Assembly: GCA_964597845.1 (NCBI GenBank)
Contig: CAZQZR010000003.1
Location: forward strand, 3,427 to 67,426
Length of the DNA: 64,000 nt
Source of the DNA: an uncultured bacterium
GTDB taxonomy: Bacteria > Hydrothermota > Tepidihabitantia > Tepidihabitantales > Tepidihabitantaceae
Direction: 5' to 3'
The position numbers and the translations under genes were made by a program. Under the pieces are notes generated by a model that was given only the letters and a program-made list of their open reading frames with translations, was not told the origin of the DNA and made no database searches. The first letter of the stretch is position 1. Each line of letters starts with the position of its first letter. This document shows, piece after piece, positions 8,595-16,969 of this stretch.

Positions 8595-9428
8595 ATGGCC
8601 TTCTACTACGCAACGGCAAGCGCCTCCGATGCCCGCGTCATCATCGTCGGGATGCCGCTTGACCGCACGAGTTCCTTCATCCCCGGCGCGCGATTCGGCC
8701 CGGACGTGATCCGCGCGGCCGCGGACAACATCGAGTCTTTCAGCCCCTATCAGAAGCGTGACATCTCAGGCATCAAGGTCCACGACGCGGGCAATCTCGC
8801 GTTCGCGTTCCCGACCGCGACCGCTCCGCTGGAGCTTATCGCCGCTGCGACCGGCGAGAGCGTCGCCCGTGGCGCAAAACAGCTTGCCCTCGGCGGCGAG
8901 CATACCATTACGCCGCCAATCGTGGCCGAACTGGCAAAGGGCTTTCCCGACCTGTGTGTGATCCAGTACGACGCACACTCTGACCTGCGCCAGGATTTCC
9001 TGGGTGAGCAGGTCTGCCACGCGACCGCGATGGCGCGCGTGCTGGACACGATTCCGCGCGACCGGCTGTTCCAGCTCGGCATCCGCTCTTTCTCACAGGC
9101 CTCGGAGATGTCCGAGCCGAACCTGTTCCCGTTTGAGGTGCTTGCGCCGGTCGAGCGGGTCCGGGCCGCAATCGGTACGCGGCCGGTCTACGTGACGCTG
9201 GACATCGACGTGCTTGACCCAGGCGTGATGCCTGACGTGCAAACGCCCCAGCCGGGCGGATGTTCATACCGGGACCTTGCGCTGTCTTTGGCCGGGCTCG
9301 CCGGACTTGCGGTTGTCGGCTGTGACTTGGTCGAGGTCTGCCCGAGGACGATGCAGCCGTCAGCCGGGGCCGCCGCTGCAGCCGAGCTCGCAAGAGAACT
9401 CTGCCTGCTACTCACCCACACCGCATAG
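8595..9428 (+). CDS. speB: agmatinase (arginase/ureohydrolase family)
   Basis: Motifs GGEHTITPP, DAHSDL and LDIDVLDP. Start set at MAFYYATASASDARVIIVGMPLD; the upstream TTG of the ORF track (8556) is the -35 box. Confidence 0.85.
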   Translation: MAFYYATASASDARVIIVGMPLDRTSSFIPGARFGPDVIRAAADNIESFSPYQKRDISGIKVHDAGNLAFAFPTATAPLELIAAATGESVARGAKQLALGGEHTITPPIVAELAKGFPDLCVIQYDAHSDLRQDFLGEQVCHATAMARVLDTIPRDRLFQLGIRSFSQASEMSEPNLFPFEVLAPVERVRAAIGTRPVYVTLDIDVLDPGVMPDVQTPQPGGCSYRDLALSLAGLAGLAVVGCDLVEVCPRTMQPSAGAAAAAELARELCLLLTHTA

Positions 9429-9431
9429 TCG

Positions 9432-9510
9432 GAGAATAGTGAATAGTAAATAGAGAATTGTGAAACTCGAATCCGCCTTTCACTATTCACCATTCTCAAT
9501 TCACTATTCC
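9432..9510. repeat. long imperfect hairpin built from heptamer words (gaatagt family)
   Basis: gagaatagtgaatagtaaatagagaattgtgaaa / tttcactattcaccattctcaattcactattcc are inverted arms around a 12-nt loop, immediately after the speB stop. The word ttctcaattcactattc recurs at 48251-48275. Confidence 0.6.
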
Positions 9511-9565
9511 GCTGTGTCTTGCGGTTCTCTTTCCGCACAACCGTCCAATGAGGAGGTAACCAACC

Positions 9566-9730
9566 ATGTGTTGTCGTGCTTGCTCTGGCTACGAGCTTTG
9601 CCGGGCCAAGGGCAAACTGTCCGAAGACTGCTGCTCGCAGTGTCGCTATTTCGATTCGTGCATGGAAGAACCGGCACAGGAGAAAACCAAGCATAAGGCC
9701 GCGCCCTATCACCGGGCCGCCCGGCCGTAG
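9566..9730 (+). CDS. small cysteine-rich protein (54 aa), not in the ORF track
   Basis: GAGGAGG lies 8-9 nt upstream of the ATG. Product MCCRACSGYELCRAKGKLSEDCCSQCRYFDSCMEEPAQEKTKHKAAPYHRAARP has 8 Cys in the first 32 residues. Third-position G/C is about two thirds. Confidence 0.5.
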   Translation: MCCRACSGYELCRAKGKLSEDCCSQCRYFDSCMEEPAQEKTKHKAAPYHRAARP

Positions 9731-9808
9731 CCCAACCAGCGAACCAGTTCGCAGTTAGGAGTTAGGAGTCAGGAGACGGTCCGACTGCTACCTGCTACCT
9801 GCTAACTC

Positions 9809-11932
9809 CTAAGGACTGACCAGGGCAACGCGCTCGACGCGCACCCCGCGCGGGGAGTTCACCACGAGCAGGTAGAGCCCGCTCGCCTTGTTCTGTGGCC
9901 GCCAGACCGCCTGGTGCCGCGCCGCCTCGACCCGCAGTTCGGCAACCGGCCGGCCATCGATCGTTCGCACTCCCACACTGGTCGCATCGTACGGCAACCC
10001 ATCGATCACGACGCCGCTATGCACCCCGAGAATGCACGGGTTCGGATAGACCCGCAGATGGTTCGCGGTGGTCTCCGGCGCCACGGAGTAATTGTATACG
10101 GACAGGCCGCGTTGCGTCCCGATCAAGGCGAGCCCGAGGTCGTCGCTCAGCGCCATCGCCGAGTAGAACCCGACAAACCCCTGGAGGTTCGCGATGAGGC
10201 CGCTGTTCTGGGGCGTGAAGCTGGTCCAGTTCCGGGCAACCTGGTCGTAGATTGAGAGCCCGGCCTCGGTCAAGAGCCACACGCGGTCCGATGCGTCGAC
10301 GCGGACTCGGTAGACGTTGTTCGCGAGGATGCCGCTGTTGGCGGTGGTGAAGACCTGGAACGAAGAACCGTTCCACGTCGCCGCGCCCTGCGGGGTCGCA
10401 ACCCAGACGCGGTCCTGTCCGTCAACCGCCACCGACCTGACTTCAGCCGACGGCAACCCGCCGGAAAGCACGGCATAGGAATCGTCGGACCGGTCGTGCA
10501 GGGTCCCGCCGTAGTCAATCATCACCAGCCCGACGGTCAGGCCCAACCAGGCCCGGCCGCGCGAGTCGAACGCAAACTCGTAGAGCCCGCCCGGCGGCGG
10601 CGCCAGGCCCGCGACCTCGAACACGGTCTGCTGAAGAACGGAGTCCACCGCGACTACGGTCCCACCGCCGTTGAAAACCCACTTGGTGTCATACTGGTCG
10701 ATGCCAAATGCGTCAATGATGTTCCAACTGGACAGGTCGCCCCATTGCACCTTCTGCCACGAGCCATCCGAGGGGTCGTACGCGGCCAGCCCGCCGTTGC
10801 CGGAGAAGTGCGCGAGCCAGATCCGGTTCTTGGAATCAACCCGCACCTGGACTGGTACGGGTAGCACGCTCCACATCACCGAAACCTGCCCTACCGAATC
10901 CACCAATGATATGGCGGAACCGTAGTGGCACAGGTAGATGTCGCCGGTCGAGCGGATAGCGCAGTCGGAAACCGCTGCGGACCAGATGCAGTTGCTGTAA
11001 TACGAGCTCCATGACTGGCCCGAGAAAGCATAGCGCAAACCTGACCCGTAGAGTTCGTTGCCTCCACAACCGACCCAAAGTGCGTCGGCAAAGTGCAAAA
11101 CCCGCGTGTCCTCATTGAGAATCACCGAGAATCGGGATGAATCGGCTCCGTCGCCCTCGTACAGCCCGGCTTGCGTCGCCAGGTAGATTCTCGGCCCGGA
11201 CACGACCAGTTGGTACACCTCAGTCGGCTCGCCAAAGCCGACGACCTTCCTGAACCCCGTGCTCTCTCTTATCGCCAGCCCTCGCTCGGTAGCGAGCAAC
11301 AGGCTGTCGTGCCACAGCGCGACGGCCCGCACCGAGTCGCCGAACGGCTGACGATAAGGCGTCCAGGACGTGAATCCGCGGTCAACCGCCACAACACCGC
11401 GATTGGTGCCCACCCAGTATTCGCTCAAGGCCGCGACGCAGAGTATCTGGTCGCTCAGCAACTCCGGCACCCGGGCCATGGTGAACCGGACGATGCTGTC
11501 GTCATCGAAGTCGAGGAACGTGCCGCGTGTCTCAATCACGTATAAGCCCTGGTCCGAACCGCAGAGCAGCCGGTCCCCATCCCATATCATGGTCCTGATC
11601 CGCAGGGCAAGGTCGTTAGGCCGGTACTGCCGGACCAGGCCGCTGTCCGGCTCAATCACGGCCATGCCGCCGCCATCGGTCCCGACCCAGAGGTCGCCGG
11701 CCGCATCCCGGCCGATACACAGGCACCGGTTCGTCGGCAACCCATCCGAATTCACGAACGTCCGGCGCAGCAGGGGCTCGGGCAGGATGTCGAGCGCGAC
11801 GACGCCGCCGTTGGTCGCAAGATACATGACCGAATCGGTACCGACCATACCTCTGATGAAGTTCGTGTTGGTATAGGACTGCCAGGCACCGGTGCTGCCG
11901 GTCGCGAGGAGAAGGAGGAGTAGTCCTGTCAT
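9809..11932 (-). CDS. beta-propeller protein (two-component-regulator-propeller-like repeats) with T9SS-type sorting domain
   Basis: 707 aa with signal peptide. Repeated ...G.LWVGT.GG....D... blades. C-terminal ...ASGLYLLVVNSPRGVRVERVALVSP. Confidence 0.65.
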   Translation of the reverse strand: MTGLLLLLLATGSTGAWQSYTNTNFIRGMVGTDSVMYLATNGGVVALDILPEPLLRRTFVNSDGLPTNRCLCIGRDAAGDLWVGTDGGGMAVIEPDSGLVRQYRPNDLALRIRTMIWDGDRLLCGSDQGLYVIETRGTFLDFDDDSIVRFTMARVPELLSDQILCVAALSEYWVGTNRGVVAVDRGFTSWTPYRQPFGDSVRAVALWHDSLLLATERGLAIRESTGFRKVVGFGEPTEVYQLVVSGPRIYLATQAGLYEGDGADSSRFSVILNEDTRVLHFADALWVGCGGNELYGSGLRYAFSGQSWSSYYSNCIWSAAVSDCAIRSTGDIYLCHYGSAISLVDSVGQVSVMWSVLPVPVQVRVDSKNRIWLAHFSGNGGLAAYDPSDGSWQKVQWGDLSSWNIIDAFGIDQYDTKWVFNGGGTVVAVDSVLQQTVFEVAGLAPPPGGLYEFAFDSRGRAWLGLTVGLVMIDYGGTLHDRSDDSYAVLSGGLPSAEVRSVAVDGQDRVWVATPQGAATWNGSSFQVFTTANSGILANNVYRVRVDASDRVWLLTEAGLSIYDQVARNWTSFTPQNSGLIANLQGFVGFYSAMALSDDLGLALIGTQRGLSVYNYSVAPETTANHLRVYPNPCILGVHSGVVIDGLPYDATSVGVRTIDGRPVAELRVEAARHQAVWRPQNKASGLYLLVVNSPRGVRVERVALVSP

Positions 11933-12163
11933 TTTCTACTACACGATACTACCGGGCAAAGGGGCAAGTGGCAATGGCGAAGTTCGGTCCCGAATCCCGA
12001 GAGAGGAACTCACCACCAAGGCACCAAGACACAAAGCCGGGCCTGACTGAAATGCTCCCTGCAGGCCCAGCGTCCCGGCGTTTGTCTCTCCGGGTCCGTC
12101 CTTCGCCATTTTCCCCCTTCCCCTTCACTTTGGCCTTTGTCCTTTCCACTTTCCACTTGTCCT

Positions 12164-13549
12164 TCAGTATGCCCCGCGGCCGCTCACTACGGCCCGCAGG
12201 GTCCGCAGGGCGATTGAGAAGTCCATCCACAGTGACCAGTTGCGGATGTAGTATTCGTCGAGAGTGAGCCGCTCCTTGAACGGCAGCGAGGTCCGGCCCG
12301 ACACCTGCCACAGCCCGGTCATGCCCGGCCGCACGCGCACGATGGTATCGAGCGACTCGCCGATCCGGTCCGATTCTACCGGCAGATATGGTCGCGGCCC
12401 GACCAACGCCATTTCACCCCGCAGGACGTTCCAGAGCTGCGGCAACTCGTCGAGACTGAAACGCCTGAGCAACCGGCCGATAGGGGTAACCCGCGGGTCA
12501 TCGGTGATGCGGGCGTACTTGAGCCATTCCGCCCGCACCTGCTCGTCATTGGCCAGCATGTCGGCCAGCCGCTGCTCCGCGTCGCAATACATCGTCCTGA
12601 ATTTCAGGCAGTCGAACAGCCGCCGGTCTCGTCCAATCCGCTTCTGACGGAAGAAAACAGGCCCCTTCGAGGAGACCTTGACCAGCAGTGCCAGCAGCAG
12701 GAACAAAGGCGCGAGCAGGACGAGCAGCGGCACGGTGCCGACCAACTCCAGCACCGACTTGGTGAACGTGTTCAGAGGCCGAAGCAGGCTGTACCGGTAC
12801 TTCATCACGAGAATGCTGCCCACTTGTTCGACCTCCGCGGCCGTGCTTTGCAGCAACGCCGCGGTCGGGATAACGAGCGTCTCCGCGAACCTGCGCTCGG
12901 CGAACTTGAACACGACCCGCATCTCCTCCGGCGTAAATGAATCCGATACCACGACCAGCGCCGCGTCGAGCGATGTCACCTCGGCCAACACGCTCTCCAG
13001 CGCCCCGCTGCCGGCGTCATGCGGTATCTGCCGGCCCGCGACATAGCCGAGGGCCCGGTGCCGGGTCAGCTCCGTGCAGAACTGCTCGGCTGCCGGACCG
13101 CCGCCCAGGATGACCAGTTGCTGCCGACCCAGCCTGACCGCTGCCAGAATCCACTTGAGTAGGGCACGAGTAGCCGGCGCGATGACCATGCTGAACGCGA
13201 GCGCGAGCAGCACCGCCACGCGCGACACAATCCAGATCCGCCAGAGGAAGAGGAGTATCATGACCGCGGCGGTCGCAATGATGACGCCACGTACATAGCG
13301 GCGGGTTTCTTCCCAGGCCACCAGCCGCTTCGTGTACAGCCCTTCGTAGGCGAAGACGAACGGATAGACGGCCAGCACGAAAGCCTTCTCGGTCAGCATG
13401 TTAATCTGCAGGCCCGGCGGAAACGCGTACGGCACGCCGGTCTGGAACCAGTTGCGCACGAGGTAGCCAAGCGCGTAGCTGGCGAACACGGCCGCGGCAT
13501 CGCCGAGAACGAGCACGACCGTGGCGACGAACCGCTGGGACCGGCTCAT
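12164..13549 (-). CDS. polyprenyl-phosphate sugar phosphotransferase (WbaP/EpsB-like, Bac_transf family)
   Basis: 461 aa with N-terminal TM helices. C-terminal FRQKRIGRDRRLFDCLKFRTM ... DELPQLWNVLRGEMALVGPRP. Confidence 0.85.
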   Translation of the reverse strand: MSRSQRFVATVVLVLGDAAAVFASYALGYLVRNWFQTGVPYAFPPGLQINMLTEKAFVLAVYPFVFAYEGLYTKRLVAWEETRRYVRGVIIATAAVMILLFLWRIWIVSRVAVLLALAFSMVIAPATRALLKWILAAVRLGRQQLVILGGGPAAEQFCTELTRHRALGYVAGRQIPHDAGSGALESVLAEVTSLDAALVVVSDSFTPEEMRVVFKFAERRFAETLVIPTAALLQSTAAEVEQVGSILVMKYRYSLLRPLNTFTKSVLELVGTVPLLVLLAPLFLLLALLVKVSSKGPVFFRQKRIGRDRRLFDCLKFRTMYCDAEQRLADMLANDEQVRAEWLKYARITDDPRVTPIGRLLRRFSLDELPQLWNVLRGEMALVGPRPYLPVESDRIGESLDTIVRVRPGMTGLWQVSGRTSLPFKERLTLDEYYIRNWSLWMDFSIALRTLRAVVSGRGAY

Positions 13550-14445
13550 GCTTGACGCGCCCCGGTCTGCCAGGAATACTCGAACTCTCGCAGCCCCACG
13601 AGCCAGCCCGCCTCGGAGAGAAACAGGTATGCGGCGAACGCCACTCGCAAAACCAGCCGGGCCAGCCCGCCTCGACCCAGGCAGAAATAACGCATCAGGG
13701 CTTTCAGGCGCTGATAGTCGCCGAATTGCTGGAACCGACGCCTGACCCCGCCGTAGAAGTGCTCGACGGTCACGCGCGGGTCGAGATACACCTTCCAGCC
13801 CGACTGGCCCAGCCGACGGCAGATGTCCATGTCTTCAGCGTACATGAAGAACCCCTCGTCGAACCCGGCAATACGGTCGATTGCGTCTCGTCGAAAGACC
13901 ACGAGCGTCCCGATAACCGCCTCAACCGAGACCGGTTCCGTCGCAAGGTGGGCTTCGGCATACTGGAAGTCGCGCGCCGGTGCGTAGCGTGGAAAGATGC
14001 GCGCTAGCGGCGAACGCCGGCCCGCGAGAACGTAGCGCAGGCGCGGAAGGCGCCGCGCCGACGGCTGCGGCGAACCGTCCGGATAATGGAGTTGCGGCGA
14101 AACGGCGCCCGCCTCCGGGTGTTCGTCCATGAACCGGACCAGTCCGGTCATCGCCGGCGTCGAGAAAACGAGGTCGGGATTGGCCACCGCCACGTACCGG
14201 CCGCGGGCGTGCCTGTATCCCCGGTTGAACGCGGCACCGTAGCCGGCGTTGCGCCCAAGCAGCAGGAGTCTCGCCCCGTGCCGGCGACAGACCGACGCGA
14301 CCTCGGCCCGGTCCCGCGACGCGTTGTCTACGACTAGAGTCTCGATTGCCATGCTCGGCTCCGCATCATGGAGCGAGGAAAGCGCGCGGTCCAGCAGCCG
14401 TGCCGAATTGTAGTTGATGAACACGATGGTCAGTTCCAGAGGCAT
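13546..14445 (-). CDS. family 2 glycosyltransferase
   Basis: LTIVFINYNSARLLDRALSSL...VVDNASRD (GT2 N-terminal signature). Start trimmed to MPLELTIV so it does not overlap the hydrogenase gene. 4-nt overlap with the downstream transferase. Confidence 0.8.
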   Translation of the reverse strand: MPLELTIVFINYNSARLLDRALSSLHDAEPSMAIETLVVDNASRDRAEVASVCRRHGARLLLLGRNAGYGAAFNRGYRHARGRYVAVANPDLVFSTPAMTGLVRFMDEHPEAGAVSPQLHYPDGSPQPSARRLPRLRYVLAGRRSPLARIFPRYAPARDFQYAEAHLATEPVSVEAVIGTLVVFRRDAIDRIAGFDEGFFMYAEDMDICRRLGQSGWKVYLDPRVTVEHFYGGVRRRFQQFGDYQRLKALMRYFCLGRGGLARLVLRVAFAAYLFLSEAGWLVGLREFEYSWQTGARQA

Positions 14446-14483
14446 CAAGGACAGTCTATGGCTGCGGCCCTCCTCTTCAAGAC

Positions 14484-15941
14484 CTAGCTTGCCAGTTGCC
14501 GGACGAGCTCCCCATCGCGACGCCGGATGTCGATCACGACCGTGGGCCGGCCCAGCACGTGCGAGGCACAGGCCATACACGGATCATAGGCGCGGAAGAA
14601 CATCTCGACCATGTTCAGTAACCCATCGCTGACCTTGCCTTTGTGAATTAACTCCTTAGCGGCCTCGCGCACCGACATACATATCGGGCCGTTGTTGTTC
14701 GTGGTTGCGACAATCAGGTTCACGCTTTCAATCATCCGGTCTTCGGTCAACCGGTAGTGGTGAAAGAGAGTCCCGCGGGCCGCCTCGACCACACCGACAC
14801 CCTCCGGTTTCATGTCGAACTTCATGTTCCGGATGTCGGTGCCGGTTATGCCCGGGTCGGTCGCGAGTTCCAGCGCCCGTTCCGCGGCGTAGAGCAGCTC
14901 GACGAGCCTTGCCCAATGGTACGCCAGTGTGGAGTTGACCGGCTTGGCGCCGAACGTAGCGAACAGCTTGCGATACGCGGCGTCGGCCCCGGGCGTTGCC
15001 ATCCCGTCGGCGGCGTTGAGCCTGCCCAAAGGTCCGACCCGGTACAAACCCGAATCCGGGCCGTCAACCAGGCCCTTGTACCCGATTGCTTTCAGGTACG
15101 TTGCCTTAACGTAGCTCCAGTCGAGCACGTGCTCGGCGATGTAGTCCAGGTAGTCACTGCCATTGAACCGGGCAAACTCCTTGCCCTGCTGGTCGGTGAC
15201 CCGGACCGGGCCGTCGTAGAAGCTTACCCGGTTCTGCTCGTCCACCATGCCCATGTTGTACACCGCGAGACCCAGTTTCGGGTTCTGTATCAGTGCCATG
15301 TACGCGGGGTTCTTCAGCACGACGTCCTCGAACAACTGCAGGGTGAACTTGGCGAAGTCTACGCACGACCGCGCCATCGTCTCAATCTCTTTGCGGCCTT
15401 CTTCCGACAGTGCCTTCGTCTGCCCGCCGGGAACGCCGCTCACCGGGTGGGTCGGCTTGCCGCCGAGAATCTCGGTAATCCGCTGGCCATAAGCCCGGTG
15501 CTTGATGACCTCCCTCGCCGTCTCCATCCCGACCTTCTCGATGACGCCGAGAATGTTTCGCTTCTCCTTCGGCGCGTCCGGCCCGACCACGAAGTCCGGC
15601 CCGCCCAGGAAATAGAAGTGCAGGATGTGGTCGTAGATGATGTAGCCGTGGTATATCAACTCGCGAAGCTTGCGCGCGGTCTCGGTCGGTTGAACCCCGA
15701 AGGCCGCGTCAAGCGCCTTGGTTGCGGCGTAGTGGTGGGCGACCGGACAAACCCCGCAGATTCGGCTGGTAAGCTGGGGCATGTCCTCGGCCTTCCGACC
15801 GACGCAGAACTGCTCGAACCCGCGCAGCTCCGGCACCTGCAGATAGGCGTTCTCGACCTCGCCCTTGTCGTCGAGGAAAATCTCAATCTTGCCGTGTCCC
15901 TCGAGCCGCGTAATCGGGTCAATCGTAATCCGCGTGCTCAC
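14484..15941 (-). CDS. [NiFe] hydrogenase large subunit (group 3, Mvh/F420-non-reducing-like)
   Basis: RLEGHGKIEIFLDDKG; N-terminal Ni-binding RICGVCPVAHH; C-terminal DPCMACASH followed by a 24-aa extension. Confidence 0.9.
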   Translation of the reverse strand: MSTRITIDPITRLEGHGKIEIFLDDKGEVENAYLQVPELRGFEQFCVGRKAEDMPQLTSRICGVCPVAHHYAATKALDAAFGVQPTETARKLRELIYHGYIIYDHILHFYFLGGPDFVVGPDAPKEKRNILGVIEKVGMETAREVIKHRAYGQRITEILGGKPTHPVSGVPGGQTKALSEEGRKEIETMARSCVDFAKFTLQLFEDVVLKNPAYMALIQNPKLGLAVYNMGMVDEQNRVSFYDGPVRVTDQQGKEFARFNGSDYLDYIAEHVLDWSYVKATYLKAIGYKGLVDGPDSGLYRVGPLGRLNAADGMATPGADAAYRKLFATFGAKPVNSTLAYHWARLVELLYAAERALELATDPGITGTDIRNMKFDMKPEGVGVVEAARGTLFHHYRLTEDRMIESVNLIVATTNNNGPICMSVREAAKELIHKGKVSDGLLNMVEMFFRAYDPCMACASHVLGRPTVVIDIRRRDGELVRQLAS

Positions 15942-16915
15942 TTCTGCCTCCGGTTGCTGATGGTCGCATCGGCCAGGCCGTACATGTAGAACGTGCCGAC
16001 CGGGTCTTTGACTTTCGCCAGCAGCTTCTCGGTCTCCGGCCCGGTAATGTCCTTCTCATCATCCACTCTCAGCACTGACGCCAGCGCGGAGATCATCTTG
16101 CCACCCTGGTCCCCGACCTCCGGCGTCGGGCCCATGCAGCCGGTGCACGGCCAGTTGCCGTTGATACACCGCTGGCCGCAGCCGCCGCGCGTAACCGGTC
16201 CCATGCACACGATGCCCTGCTCCAGGAAGCAGACACCCGGGTCTGCCTGGATTTCCCAGACGCGCTTGACGTCCGGCATCTTCTTGGCCGCGTTCTTGTT
16301 TCGGTCGCACTCGTCGCACAAGGCCTTGGCCGGACCCAGCACCGCACCCTTAGCCGGCAGGTTGCCCTCGAAGATCGCCGTCATGGCGTCGAGAATCCTC
16401 GGCACCGCGGGCGGGCATCCCGGCAGGTAGTAGTCGACATCGACCACCCGGTTCAGGGGCGACACCCGGTCATAGAACTCGGGCAGCGACACTTCGCCCT
16501 CCGGGACTTTGCCCTTCACGAGCGGCCTCGTGCCGTCCGGGTTGACGACCGACGGTTCCTCGGTGTAGACGTGCTTGAGTATCTGCTCGCGGCCGAACAG
16601 GTTGGCAAGCCCCGGGATGCAGCCGTGATGGGCACACGAACCGAAAGCAACCAGCACCTTCGACTTCTTCCGCAGCAGGTGGGCCAGCTCCTCCTGCTCC
16701 GAGTTCCGTATCGAGCCGTTGAAGAAGCAGACGTCCATGAACCGGTCCGGCATTGCCTTCACGTCCGCGTACTTCGTGTCCATCGCAACGGGCCAGAACA
16801 GGATGTCGGCCCGCTCGAGCACGTCCAGGATTTTCTCATTAGTGTCGAGCACGGCGATCTCGCAGCCTCCGCACGAGGCTGCCCAGTAGAAACCGAACTT
16901 CAGTTTATCTGGCAA
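15938..16915 (-). CDS. [NiFe] hydrogenase small subunit (MvhG-like)
   Basis: FYWAASCGGCEIAVLD and GSCAHHGCIP Fe-S ligand motifs. 4-nt overlap with the large subunit gene. Confidence 0.85.
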   Translation of the reverse strand: MPDKLKFGFYWAASCGGCEIAVLDTNEKILDVLERADILFWPVAMDTKYADVKAMPDRFMDVCFFNGSIRNSEQEELAHLLRKKSKVLVAFGSCAHHGCIPGLANLFGREQILKHVYTEEPSVVNPDGTRPLVKGKVPEGEVSLPEFYDRVSPLNRVVDVDYYLPGCPPAVPRILDAMTAIFEGNLPAKGAVLGPAKALCDECDRNKNAAKKMPDVKRVWEIQADPGVCFLEQGIVCMGPVTRGGCGQRCINGNWPCTGCMGPTPEVGDQGGKMISALASVLRVDDEKDITGPETEKLLAKVKDPVGTFYMYGLADATISNRRQK

Positions 16916-16969
16916 ATGAATCCTCCGAGGTAACTCAGGGCGAAGAGCATAGACGAAACACCCCCCAAG

